Below, piece by piece: positions 8,482-17,226 of a DNA stretch of 39,575 bases. Below the pieces are notes generated by a model. It was not told where the DNA came from, did not search any database, and saw only the letters and a list, made by a program, of their open reading frames with translations. Positions within the stretch are counted from its first letter, which is position 1; every line of letters begins with the position of its first letter. The DNA comes from a virus. Its lineage: Duplodnaviria; Caudoviricetes. The stretch is taken from the IMG/VR virus record IMGVR_UViG_3300020042_006769, positions 1 through 39,575 of that record, one strand, 5' to 3'. The position numbers were made by a program, and so were the translations under genes.

Positions 8482-10374
8482 TTATTCATTTCCAGTGCCT
8501 ACCAAGTCCATTTGACTGCTCCAAACTTTACACTTTACGACCCATCCTGAGTCCTTTGGTTCAATCATTTGAGCCACAAGCAGGTCAGATATGAGATTGC
8601 TTTTGGAGCTTGGCTTAACCCATTTCTCAGCCGTACTTTGTGCCATACCCATCTTGGTAACAATAAACTCAACCATCGCACTGCGGCTAACGTACTGGCA
8701 TCCGTCAACGTACTCGCCGCCACTTGCCACCCAAGCGTTGCCGAAAATCCTACAATGCTTATCAACCGATCTTTCCTTAGTTTGCGTGCTTTCAGGCCTC
8801 TCATCCGTCAAGGCAAAGACCGCCGACGTCATCGCGTTCCCGTCCTCATCAATCCATCCCAAATCAACCTCGTCCAAACGTCCGTATATTGGCTCAGATA
8901 GCCGCGCATCCTTCATCTTGGTGTTGACTATCTCCACTAGGTCATTCGCAGTCTTTGACACCAAAATGCTCGAATCTAGCGATGCCTTCCAAGCTGACGA
9001 GCCTCGTGCCCGCTGTCCTGCTTCCCGCGAGTGTCCCACATGATGGTTCAGGCAGACTGAACAACCCAACTCCGCTACCAAGTCCTTGCAGGAATTGATA
9101 AGGATTCTGGTATCTTTGGCTGAGTTCTCGTCGCCTTCCATGTGGTTGTTCAATGTGTCGATAAACACAGCAGAGACTTGTAATTGCGTTACCTCCCGAA
9201 TGGCGGAAATAATATGCACATCGGCATTTTTCTTCAGGTCGATAGCCCGACTCGAGACAATCAGATTTTCCAAGTCTGACCTCCCGTAGCGGTTCGCCCA
9301 CGCTGCAACCCTCTGCCGGAACCCATAATTGCCTTCCCCGCATAGGTAGACAACAACCCCTCTCCTTACCCTATGACCTTGCCAATCGATTCCTGCAGCA
9401 ATGCAGCAAGCCATATCGAGGGTAATAAAGGTCTTGCCAACTCCTGACTCGCCATAAACCATTGAGATAGAACCGTCCGGAATCCATCCTTTGATTGTCC
9501 AGCCGATCGGACTCGGCTGAGATAAGAACGTATTCGCTGGTGTGAAAAAGAAGTCCCGGCTTCCGTTCAGCAAGTCTGCTGCCCCTTGCGCACCCAATGC
9601 CGCCGCAACCACAACATTCGAATCAATCTCATAACGTGCCACTGACCTCGCAATCTGCTTGATTTCGGAATCCGGTAGTGGTATCTCGCACCTTGTCTCA
9701 TTCATTAACCGCAAGGCGTGCAGAATCTCGTCCTCATTCAAACCGATCGATCGCATTGAACCACCGACGGAAGTCAGACCTTCATTGCGGTTTCCCTTGA
9801 TTAACTCCGTTTTGGCTCGCTCAATTCGATGCTTGACGATGGTTTGCATCCCGGCAATCCACGCTGCCGGGATCTCGAATGGAACAACCCCATCTGCAGG
9901 ATCGCTTGAAAGCTCCCATTGGTAGGTTCGACCATCGATTGAGGAAGGCGATGCCAGGAAATATCTGCCATCCGACAAAACGTCGATTCCAGCACCCAAT
10001 TTGCAGGACTTCAGACCGTCGATGTAGTTGGCAATGAAGTGCTGACCACCTCCCGCGGTCAATTGCTGCTGTCCTTCTGGTGGCTCGCCGTGTTCAATGC
10101 ACCAATCAAGCCACGAGTCGTTGCCACCATTTCGCGGGTCGATGTCAAAAACAACGATTCCAGACTTCCGTCCTGCCGCAATTCCGATATTGCAATTAGG
10201 ACTTGCCTCCCACCATTTCCGAATCTGCTCCGGATTGGTTGTTGCATCATTAACCCCATGCTGACACGCTGGCAATTTGGAGTCTGGCACTACAGGCAAA
10301 ACGTGCCAACCCCATGAGGCGTAGCGGAGTGCGGCATTGAGTAGCGTGTTATCTGGCATCCTTGCGTCGTTCAT
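8482..10374 (-). CDS. Bifunctional Prim-Pol primase/PriCT_1 fused to RecA-type AAA_25 helicase
   Basis: NIGIA.G...VVFDIDP, TAGGGQH, G.RN..L...G (PriCT), GESGVGKT Walker A, FIDTL, HH.G..ARGSSA. Start reassigned to ATG 10374, just after the helicase stop. Confidence 0.9.
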   Translation of the reverse strand: MNDARMPDNTLLNAALRYASWGWHVLPVVPDSKLPACQHGVNDATTNPEQIRKWWEASPNCNIGIAAGRKSGIVVFDIDPRNGGNDSWLDWCIEHGEPPEGQQQLTAGGGQHFIANYIDGLKSCKLGAGIDVLSDGRYFLASPSSIDGRTYQWELSSDPADGVVPFEIPAAWIAGMQTIVKHRIERAKTELIKGNRNEGLTSVGGSMRSIGLNEDEILHALRLMNETRCEIPLPDSEIKQIARSVARYEIDSNVVVAAALGAQGAADLLNGSRDFFFTPANTFLSQPSPIGWTIKGWIPDGSISMVYGESGVGKTFITLDMACCIAAGIDWQGHRVRRGVVVYLCGEGNYGFRQRVAAWANRYGRSDLENLIVSSRAIDLKKNADVHIISAIREVTQLQVSAVFIDTLNNHMEGDENSAKDTRILINSCKDLVAELGCSVCLNHHVGHSREAGQRARGSSAWKASLDSSILVSKTANDLVEIVNTKMKDARLSEPIYGRLDEVDLGWIDEDGNAMTSAVFALTDERPESTQTKERSVDKHCRIFGNAWVASGGEYVDGCQYVSRSAMVEFIVTKMGMAQSTAEKWVKPSSKSNLISDLLVAQMIEPKDSGWVVKCKVWSSQMDLVGTGNE

Positions 10375-10375
10375 G

Positions 10376-12211
10376 TTAGATAGTCCTTGTGTGTCTATTC
10401 GCCTCGAAGCAAGCAGTTGCGGCTGCCTTTTCTGTATCAAAAAAACGGCAAATAGATTTCGGATGCTTTGCAAATTGATCTGATAAACTCCATAACGCAC
10501 ATCCAGTCAGCAAGAATGCATCACAAAGCTGAATGCAAACAAAATCAAATGATTCTTCAACAACCTTACCAACGTGCGATACTTCATTTTCTGGCGTGTA
10601 CTGACAAGCAAACATTCCAACAACGTCCTGCTTATCCCAGCGACGTTTTAAGACTCTGTGATACTTACCATCCATCCGATACTTGATCTTGCATGGCTTG
10701 TTTGCTTTGTTCATTGCATCAACTACTTCTTGCAAATATTCGCAATCAATGTCTGCATCGGCTCTATCAGCTATTTCTCCGATTGCTTTGTGAGCCCGAA
10801 TTCCCGCATAACCATCATGCGTTACCGGAAAATACTCAGTCACCGAAGGCCCTAGCATTCCAGAATAGTAGGTGACGGCAAGCATTTCTTTTCCACTTGT
10901 CCTGCTGGTATGAACTCGCCAACTCCAATCGGTCACTTCCATTTCTTGCGGCTCGATTCCCATGATGTCATCGGTTCTGAGTCGCAGGTCTGCTTCTGGC
11001 TTTTCAGGTTCTGGAAAATCAAACCCGCAATCGCAAACCTTGCGACGAGCGGAAACAATCTCCCGGCATTGCGGACACTGCTTTGTGACCGGTTCGCCTG
11101 TGCCTTCCTCCGTCTTGGATGGTGGCTCAATTGCGATAATTGGCCCATGCTGTTCGACTACACCAGCGAAGTCCAAGACTAGGCAATGATCGGTATGGCT
11201 TTTAGGTCGCAGACCTCGACCCGCCATCTGCAAATAGAGTCCTGGCGACATTGTTGGACGCAGCATTGCGATTAGATCGATGTCGGGATAATCAAATCCA
11301 GTTGTCAGTACTGACACGTTTGTCAGTGCCTTGATATGTCCCTGCTTGAATCGCTCAATCGTTCTCTGCCGTTCGCCTTTTGAAGTCTTGCCAGTCAGGC
11401 AGGCTGAACTAATTCCCGCATTGATAAAGCATTGGCTGACGTTTTCCGCATGATCGACGCCAGCACAAAACACTAGCCAAGACTTCCGATCACCCGCTAA
11501 ATCGATAATCTCTTGCACAACCCGCTGATTTATCGAATCGACGTTAACAGCTTTCTGTAGTTCGGATTCGATATAATCTCCGCCACGCTTTTTAACGCCG
11601 GTCGTGTCCAGCTTATCTCTGGTTGCTTTACTACGCAGTATCGATAGGAAACCTAGCTTTACTAGCTCCTCAATCAAGACCGGTTCAATCAAAGCATCAA
11701 AGATAGCCGGCTTGTCGGTAATCAAACCGTGTCCTAATCGGTAAGGACTCGCCGTTAAGCCAATCACCCGTAAGGCAGGATTGATGGCGGTTAACTCTTT
11801 GATCAGCGTACGATATCCTCCCTCGTCCTTGTGTGATATCAAATGGCACTCGTCAACAATAATCAAATCAACATGCCCAAGTTGCTTCGATCTCTTGCGT
11901 ACCGATTGAATCCCTGCAAAGGTAATTGGTTCGCCAAGTTGCCGTTTGCCAATCGAAGCCGAGTAGATTCCAAGCGGAGCATTTTTCCAATGCTGACGGA
12001 GCTTGGCAGAATTTTGCTCAATTAATTCCTTGACATGCGTCAGCATCAGGATTCGGGTATCCGGCCAATTCTGCAAAGCATCCTTGCAGAGTTCGGCAAT
12101 GATATGGCTCTTACCGCTGCCGGTCGGAAGCACCAGGCATGGGTGTCCCTCGTTAGATTCCAACCATTTGTACAATTGGTCGATTGCACGTTGTTGGTAT
12201 GGTCTTAGCAT
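10376..12211 (-). CDS. SF2 DEAD/H helicase (YejH/RadD-like) with Zn finger
   Basis: LRPYQ, PTGSGKS, VDECH, GLTASP, LTTGFD, QMAGRGLR, CPQC..CDCG. Confidence 0.92.
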   Translation of the reverse strand: MLRPYQQRAIDQLYKWLESNEGHPCLVLPTGSGKSHIIAELCKDALQNWPDTRILMLTHVKELIEQNSAKLRQHWKNAPLGIYSASIGKRQLGEPITFAGIQSVRKRSKQLGHVDLIIVDECHLISHKDEGGYRTLIKELTAINPALRVIGLTASPYRLGHGLITDKPAIFDALIEPVLIEELVKLGFLSILRSKATRDKLDTTGVKKRGGDYIESELQKAVNVDSINQRVVQEIIDLAGDRKSWLVFCAGVDHAENVSQCFINAGISSACLTGKTSKGERQRTIERFKQGHIKALTNVSVLTTGFDYPDIDLIAMLRPTMSPGLYLQMAGRGLRPKSHTDHCLVLDFAGVVEQHGPIIAIEPPSKTEEGTGEPVTKQCPQCREIVSARRKVCDCGFDFPEPEKPEADLRLRTDDIMGIEPQEMEVTDWSWRVHTSRTSGKEMLAVTYYSGMLGPSVTEYFPVTHDGYAGIRAHKAIGEIADRADADIDCEYLQEVVDAMNKANKPCKIKYRMDGKYHRVLKRRWDKQDVVGMFACQYTPENEVSHVGKVVEESFDFVCIQLCDAFLLTGCALWSLSDQFAKHPKSICRFFDTEKAAATACFEANRHTRTI

Positions 12212-12405
12212 GATTTCGTGCTTCTAGTGTTCCACGCCGGTATCTCTTCTGCTTCTATAAGGCTTAGGCGTTCGCGGTAGTCCTTGCCACTAAACCAGCA
12301 GTGTTCGGCGTGATTAAACCTATACAAGTCAAAGTGTTTTAGTTTTTTCGCAACCGCTCCACAAAACGGGCAATTGTCAATTTTCAGCGAAGTATCTATC
12401 TGCAT
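12205..12405 (-). CDS. Lar-like (restriction alleviation) Zn-binding small protein
   Basis: CPFCG...H...C...AWNTR pattern. Confidence 0.6.
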   Translation of the reverse strand: MQIDTSLKIDNCPFCGAVAKKLKHFDLYRFNHAEHCWFSGKDYRERLSLIEAEEIPAWNTRSTKSC

Positions 12406-13119
12406 GATTCAATAATCCTCCTACCTATCCACTCTGCGACTTGTGGAACGACTGCATTGCCTAATCCTCTAAGTCTGTCCACGAATCCGGGAATCCCTGC
12501 ACAGCTTCGATAACCGCTATGCTGGGGTACGTTTGGCCAAACCGGCGAGTCCACCAATGAACAAATGTCGTTTCCCGATTCGCTTTCAAATGATCTTTTA
12601 CCGTTCCGCCCTTCCATGCGTTCGCCGTAGGCGTCGGCATCAACACCAAGCACGAACAACCGTTCACGCCTGTGCTGTGCCCCAATGCAACACGCTCGCA
12701 GTCTGAAGGGCAAGCAAGCGTAACCAAGCGACTCAAGGCCAGTCCTGAATCTCCACCAAGGCCATGGAGCACCGACCCTGATGTGACTTGGATTCTCTCG
12801 CACCACAATGATTGGGCGAACCTCACCAACAATTCGCAAGAACTCACAGCCGAGGCTCTCTTTTTTGGATCGACCGGAACCGACTGCTGCACTGTTTGCC
12901 TGGCACGGATCGCCTCCGCAGATGACATCGACGTATTCAAGGTTATGCTTTCCGCATTGCCTGATGTCTCTTTCTCGATGGACGTTCGGCCAATGCTTTT
13001 CGAGAACTTTCGTTGCATAGTCATCTATCTCCACTTGCCATTTGCATTGCATTCCAGAACGTTCAAAGCCCAAATCAAAACCCACCTATACCAGCGAACA
13101 ACGAACCAAACGTTAACAT
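12396..13119 (-). CDS. C5 DNA-cytosine methyltransferase, with a +1 frameshift after codon ~14 in this assembly
   Basis: ATG 13119 with AAGGAGG RBS gives MLTFGSLFAGIGGF*. The +1 frame continues GFDLGFER..VEID..DI..GGDPCQ..ENP..HRRERLF..LGNAVVP (motifs I, II, III, IV, VI, VIII, X). Confidence 0.85.
12461..13024 (-). CDS. Alternative-frame C5-MTase beta polypeptide carrying motif IX (M.EcoHK31I-type); start uncertain
   Basis: Nested 187-codon ORF ending LMPTPTA...EAVQGFPDSWTD, a motif IX-like segment missing from the main frame. Confidence 0.65.
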   Translation of the reverse strand: MTMQRKFSKSIGRTSIEKETSGNAESITLNTSMSSAEAIRARQTVQQSVPVDPKKRASAVSSCELLVRFAQSLWCERIQVTSGSVLHGLGGDSGLALSRLVTLACPSDCERVALGHSTGVNGCSCLVLMPTPTANAWKGGTVKDHLKANRETTFVHWWTRRFGQTYPSIAVIEAVQGFPDSWTDLED

Positions 13120-13142
13120 GATATAGCCTCCTTTCTGTAATC

Positions 13143-13166
13143 GCTGGCATTGGATATAATGCCAGC
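13143..13166 (+). promoter_or_regulatory. Perfect 9-bp inverted repeat overlapping TATAAT immediately before the HNH ATG
   Basis: gctggcatt-ggatat-aatgccagc-ATG; TATAAT at 13155-13160 suggests a leaderless or autoregulated promoter. Confidence 0.55.
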
Positions 13167-13733
13167 ATGAGCAACCAATACACATACAGCGTTCCATTCA
13201 CTGAACAAGAGCTTCTTCATGACTACGAAGTTCTTCGCATGTCGCAATCTGAAATAGCATCCAAGTACAAGACAACGCAAAAAGTCGTTTGGAAGGCGAT
13301 GCGGAAGATGGGTGTCAAAACTCGCGTAGCCGCCAAGCGCGACCAGTGTGGCGACAGGAACACTTACTGGCGTGGCGGTCGCGTGTTGGTTGCGAAATCT
13401 AAAAGGCAACGCGGAGAGCGTACCTCTTTTGGTAACGGATACTATTACGTTCTGATGCCAGGACACCCGAATGCAAACAAAAGCGGATATGTTGCAGAGC
13501 ATATTCTGGTAGCAACTCAAGCATGCGGTAGATCGTTGAAAAAAGGTGAAGTTGTTCATCACATAAATTTGAATAAACACGACAACAGACCAGAAAACCT
13601 TGTCATCTGCAAAAGACGGCCGCACGCAATTTGGCATGTTCAGCTTGAAGAAATTGCCGTAGCGATGATGAATGAAGGATTGGTAAGGTTCGATTCCAAA
13701 AATGGATATACTCGCTCCTATACCCGCGAATAA
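13167..13733 (+). CDS. HNH (HNH_3-type) homing endonuclease with N-terminal HTH, antisense to the operon
   Basis: HP.A...GYV.EHILV.....GR.L...EVVHHIN..K.DNR.ENL motif; N-terminal MSQSEIASKY..TQ..V HTH. Confidence 0.9.
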   Translation: MSNQYTYSVPFTEQELLHDYEVLRMSQSEIASKYKTTQKVVWKAMRKMGVKTRVAAKRDQCGDRNTYWRGGRVLVAKSKRQRGERTSFGNGYYYVLMPGHPNANKSGYVAEHILVATQACGRSLKKGEVVHHINLNKHDNRPENLVICKRRPHAIWHVQLEEIAVAMMNEGLVRFDSKNGYTRSYTRE

Positions 13734-13744
13734 TGAACCAAAGG

Positions 13745-14752
13745 TTAGCATTTGACCTCCGCATTAAACGCCAACCTAGCTAATGAAACAAATCCGCCTT
13801 CTTGCAACTTCTCCAATAACTCCCTCGACGAATAAACATTCTCGTTCGGTTCGCCATTGTGAACCAAGATCCCATCAATCTCGAAACAAGCAACGCTTTC
13901 CGTTGTGTCAGGATTGACTTTCCACGGCACCAAATCAGGATGCAGAACGTGAGAACTGCAACCTGTTCGCTGATACTCTTTTGGAATATCGTCGGCATCG
14001 TGTAGCTCGCAACGCCAAGTGGAATTAGGCTTTGCGGTTGAATGAGCGCAAGTCCGGCAGTTAACCTGATTGGTTAACTTCGTTGAATGACAGAACGAAC
14101 TCGCATTGCATAGGCGACATTGATACCACTCTGGATCTGCTGATATCGGTTCTGGCATCCGATCAGATAACGCAATCCGCTTGCCTCTTTCGACTGCTTT
14201 GGTTGCCACCTCCTGATCGAAATAAACCCATTCTGTAAAAATGGAATCGTCATCCTTGTTGATTGCGAAATACAACCCGCGATCTAGTCCGAGTCCAAGC
14301 ATATAGGTTTGCATCTGGACATAATGCTCTGGCTTGCTTTTCTGAAGTCCATGCCGTTCCAAGTCCCGAAACGATTTTGCCGAATGCGTTTTGATTTCCA
14401 GCACCGCTCGCTTCTTGCCTTTTGCTGGCACATTGCTAACCACTCCATCCACTGAGCCAGAAACATGCGATCCAAAATTGACACACGATTGCGACGAATC
14501 AACCTCGATTCCGATTGCTTTCAAATCTTCGATGACGGTTTCTTCCTCCTTCTGTCCTCGCCTAAACAATCGCAGAATCCTGCCAGGAAACTTTGATTCA
14601 ATCGCCCAGCGGAAATACAACCAAAGCCACCTATCGCAAGGATGCCCCAATTGAGAACAGCCTAGATGCGTTCGCGATCCTTCGCGTTTGGCTTCATGGT
14701 GTGCGTCGATTAGAGACGCGATTGTGATAGTCGGTTCTGGAATGGGAGTCAT
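13745..14752 (-). CDS. Cas4/YqaJ-like PD-(D/E)XK exonuclease
   Basis: HLGCSQLGHPC, SGSVDG..LEIKT, QMQTYM, CRLC..FC Fe-S-type cysteines. Confidence 0.85.
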   Translation of the reverse strand: MTPIPEPTITIASLIDAHHEAKREGSRTHLGCSQLGHPCDRWLWLYFRWAIESKFPGRILRLFRRGQKEEETVIEDLKAIGIEVDSSQSCVNFGSHVSGSVDGVVSNVPAKGKKRAVLEIKTHSAKSFRDLERHGLQKSKPEHYVQMQTYMLGLGLDRGLYFAINKDDDSIFTEWVYFDQEVATKAVERGKRIALSDRMPEPISADPEWYQCRLCNASSFCHSTKLTNQVNCRTCAHSTAKPNSTWRCELHDADDIPKEYQRTGCSSHVLHPDLVPWKVNPDTTESVACFEIDGILVHNGEPNENVYSSRELLEKLQEGGFVSLARLAFNAEVKC

Positions 14753-14763
14753 ATTGAAAACTC

Positions 14764-14821
14764 AAAAAAAACCTTGCGTGCTGAACAAAGTACCTGAACT
14801 TACTTACCCAAACACGCAAGG
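14764..14821 (-). terminator. Long-loop hairpin plus T8, terminator-like
   Basis: ccttgcgtg(14772-14780)/cacgcaagg(14813-14821), followed by TTTTTTTT on the minus strand. Confidence 0.5.
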
Positions 14822-14835
14822 CCCACAAAGGAAAG

Positions 14836-15339
14836 TTAAAACGGAATCTCGTCAGCCGCAATCGCTGGTTTCGCCCACGGAGGTGCAGCCTTGGTCGCTG
14901 CCTTTGTCGCCGCTTTGGCTTGTGCCGCTACCGGTTTCGCGATTCCAGGCCCACCTGCCAATGCTTTGAACGCTTTGATTTCGTTCCTTGCTCCGTACTG
15001 CGGATCGTCCTTGATCGTCAGTTTGATTTGCAGGTTCAACCCAATCAGTTGATCGGAGTCCTGCAACCGCGAGAGTCCAACCGCTCGCATCAAATCGCCA
15101 AGTTGCTGGCGTCCGATTTCCTCCGCTTTGCTGTTGGCATTGCGGATGTTGAGATTGCCAAACACCAATCGGTTATTGTCCGTTTGATATGACACCGACA
15201 GATACTTACCAGTACCAGACTTCGTGTCCTTGATCTCTGCCTCCTTGATTTCGACCGCATACCAACCGGCGGGCAGCGGATCATAGTTGCCACCTTCCGG
15301 CATTTCGTTAACGTCAAACACTTCATCAAATCGTGCCAT
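14836..15339 (-). CDS. DUF669 family ssDNA-binding protein
   Basis: YDPLPAGWY.....AE.K..K.G, NE IK.F, PPW, acidic DEIPF tail; next to Sak4. Confidence 0.85.
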   Translation of the reverse strand: MARFDEVFDVNEMPEGGNYDPLPAGWYAVEIKEAEIKDTKSGTGKYLSVSYQTDNNRLVFGNLNIRNANSKAEEIGRQQLGDLMRAVGLSRLQDSDQLIGLNLQIKLTIKDDPQYGARNEIKAFKALAGGPGIAKPVAAQAKAATKAATKAAPPWAKPAIAADEIPF

Positions 15340-15368
15340 CTTCTTTTTTTCCTTTCGTGAATAAAAAA

Positions 15369-16034
15369 CTAACCTTCAATCTTCGCAATAACTGCACCCA
15401 AGTCTGGTGCTTCCCATGCTTCCAATCGTCCGCTACGATCCTTCGCCTGCCATAGTCCATCCGATTGACAGAGCAAGGCCCGCATCAGATTTCCTTCTGC
15501 ATCCTTCTCACATCGCAATGCCAATACCTCGTCGAAGAAGTAAGGCAATGCTTGTCCCGTTTTGTTTCCAGGCATAGAAGGCGAATAAAGCATCCTGCCC
15601 ATTTCGTCCTGTGCCTTTTCCAGTTTGGCACTCATGTAAACGTGCTTTGGAAGATCCCGAAACGCTCGAATCAGCGTTGCCATTTGGTCTTGCATCTCGC
15701 CATAGGCTTGCCGTGGGTCTTTGGCTTTTGCCTTCTCCGTCGATAAGCAAACCTCTGCCAATTCAGAAACCGAATCAATCGCAATCGTTTCATACTTGGC
15801 TGCTTCAGCACTCGACAACCATTTGTAAACCTCGCCAAGCGTTGCTATCGAATCGATCTCAATAAACGGAATGTCTGAATTGTGCAAAGACAGCAGACCC
15901 GCTTCTGCTGACAGAATCAACGGATGCGGCAAAGTGCGAATCAGGGTTGTCTTACCTGCTCCCGCTTGACCGTAGACCAGCAACTTAACGCCGCTGGATG
16001 CAATTGATTTTGTCGACTTCAGATTGATTGCCAT
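15369..16034 (-). CDS. Sak4-like AAA_24 ATPase / ssDNA-annealing protein
   Basis: YGQAGAGKTT, IDSVSE, AKDRSG. Confidence 0.88.
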   Translation of the reverse strand: MAINLKSTKSIASSGVKLLVYGQAGAGKTTLIRTLPHPLILSAEAGLLSLHNSDIPFIEIDSIATLGEVYKWLSSAEAAKYETIAIDSVSELAEVCLSTEKAKAKDPRQAYGEMQDQMATLIRAFRDLPKHVYMSAKLEKAQDEMGRMLYSPSMPGNKTGQALPYFFDEVLALRCEKDAEGNLMRALLCQSDGLWQAKDRSGRLEAWEAPDLGAVIAKIEG

Positions 16035-16135
16035 TAGTTATTCCCCCTTGTGTACCACATCCAGCTTCGTAAAAAATTTAGCCCTGCGTGCAACAAAATG
16101 CACACTCCGAGAAAGTACATCGCTAATTCCATAAC

Positions 16136-16579
16136 CTATTTTCCTTTGTGTAGAACCGTTCTCGCATATTCAGCAATAAGCAGACTGTCTGCGTTTGCGT
16201 GCGTGATTTTTAAGTGAGGCCAGCGTTGCTGTGCCGCTTGTTTGGTGACGTTCTTGTCACCTTTGGTTAAGCATCCCATTGCCTTCTGCCATTTCTGCGG
16301 ACTCACCTCGACGAATGGAATTTGCAAGGCAGTTAGGACGCCTCGCAGGAATCCATAGGATTGACCAAACGAGAACGAGCTGGTGACGCCTTGCTTCGGC
16401 ATGGCATGGACTTTTTCAAGGACGGCAAACCTACCACTCCCAAATCCGTTAAGCCAAAAAAACACATCTGCTTCAGTTTGATTCAAATTGCAACTTTTCA
16501 AACATGGTTCGCCGTCTACCCAAATCGCAGAGATTGAACCAGACTTGCCAGGATCGATTCCGAAAAATACGTTAATCAT
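16136..16579 (-). CDS. RuvC-like Holliday junction resolvase
   Basis: GIDPG..G, VLEKV.AMP.QG..S.F.FG, P.KW, ADSLLIA. Start reassigned to MINVFF. Confidence 0.85.
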   Translation of the reverse strand: MINVFFGIDPGKSGSISAIWVDGEPCLKSCNLNQTEADVFFWLNGFGSGRFAVLEKVHAMPKQGVTSSFSFGQSYGFLRGVLTALQIPFVEVSPQKWQKAMGCLTKGDKNVTKQAAQQRWPHLKITHANADSLLIAEYARTVLHKGK

Positions 16580-16775
16580 CGATTGATTCCTTCCGTCTGT
16601 TTTTCCTTCGTTCGTAAGCACCGCAAGCCGCCTCGAATTGGTCGCGATCTTCAAATAGATCTTGATAGTTCATCCATATAATGTCGCGATGTTCTTCGAT
16701 GGTTCTATCTTTTGGAACTTTCACCGCATCAGCGGTTGCCGTCAGCTTTGTTGGTTTCTGGTTTCGTGCGTTCAT
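16572..16775 (-). CDS. Hypothetical protein
   Basis: ATGA-coupled ORF within the operon. Confidence 0.55.
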   Translation of the reverse strand: MNARNQKPTKLTATADAVKVPKDRTIEEHRDIIWMNYQDLFEDRDQFEAACGAYERRKNRRKESIDD

Positions 16776-16981
16776 TCGTTTTCTTTCAATCCTTGCCAAC
16801 CGTGCCTGCGTCCGATCTTGTTGAAGTGACTCGGCGTTATCGGCGGGCTGACCTTGCCAGCCCACTCTTTGCCGCGTCGTCCCATGTCGTACCAGCGTCT
16901 GATCTTCTTAACCTCGCTGGCAGATAGTTTGCTAAGACGATGTTGTTCACCTGATGTGTTGGTGAAGAATGCTAGGCTCAT
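16772..16981 (-). CDS. Small HTH-like protein resembling the C-terminal DNA-binding module of HNH endonucleases
   Basis: GEQHRLSKLS..EVKKIRR ... I.R...W pattern. Confidence 0.55.
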   Translation of the reverse strand: MSLAFFTNTSGEQHRLSKLSASEVKKIRRWYDMGRRGKEWAGKVSPPITPSHFNKIGRRHGWQGLKENE

Positions 16982-17226
16982 GCGTTAAACTCCTCATCCC
17001 GCCAGAACAGCAGATTTTCCTCGCACCAATCTTCTAGTGCGTCCTCCTCGATTTCGTCGTGGCAAACTTCCATGATCTTTGCCAACCAATAGTCCTTGTG
17101 ATCCCCAGGTCTTGGTTCTTCGGTCAATCGTTCAACCAATTGATCGAGTCGCAAATCGGTTACATAAGTTGGCTTGCAGCATGGACAGATGCAAAGTCCG
17201 TTGCGGCAGATTGGACAGTTGCTCAT
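16978..17226 (-). CDS. Hypothetical Cys-rich small protein
   Basis: MSNCPICRNGLCICPCCKP; ATGA coupling. Confidence 0.55.
   Translation of the reverse strand: MSNCPICRNGLCICPCCKPTYVTDLRLDQLVERLTEEPRPGDHKDYWLAKIMEVCHDEIEEDALEDWCEENLLFWRDEEFNA

Larger units (their letters stand above)
13084..13751 (-). mobile_element. HNH cassette bracketed by two recoded copies of the MTase first 12 codons
   Basis: 13751-13716 and 13119-13084 both encode MLTFGSLFAGIG, with 6 differences in 36 nt, all synonymous. Confidence 0.8.

Noticed and set aside
10375-10500. Extended starts given in the ORF track (primase, RuvC, gpZ and others)
   Set aside because: They overlap upstream genes extensively; downstream ATGs show stop-start coupling or an RBS.
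13083-13715. Group I intron or intein in the MTase
   Set aside because: No P/Q/R/S core or intein C...HN ends seen; the HNH is antisense and fills nearly all of the insert; the putative 5' exon does not end in U.
13113-13751. 212-aa minus-strand ORF as a functional protein
   Set aside because: After 12 MTase residues it is the exact antisense of the HNH with no recognisable motifs; treated as a relay frame.
13745-14752. CRISPR-Cas association of the Cas4-like nuclease
   Set aside because: No array or cas genes; it lies in the usual Sak4-SSB-nuclease recombination module.
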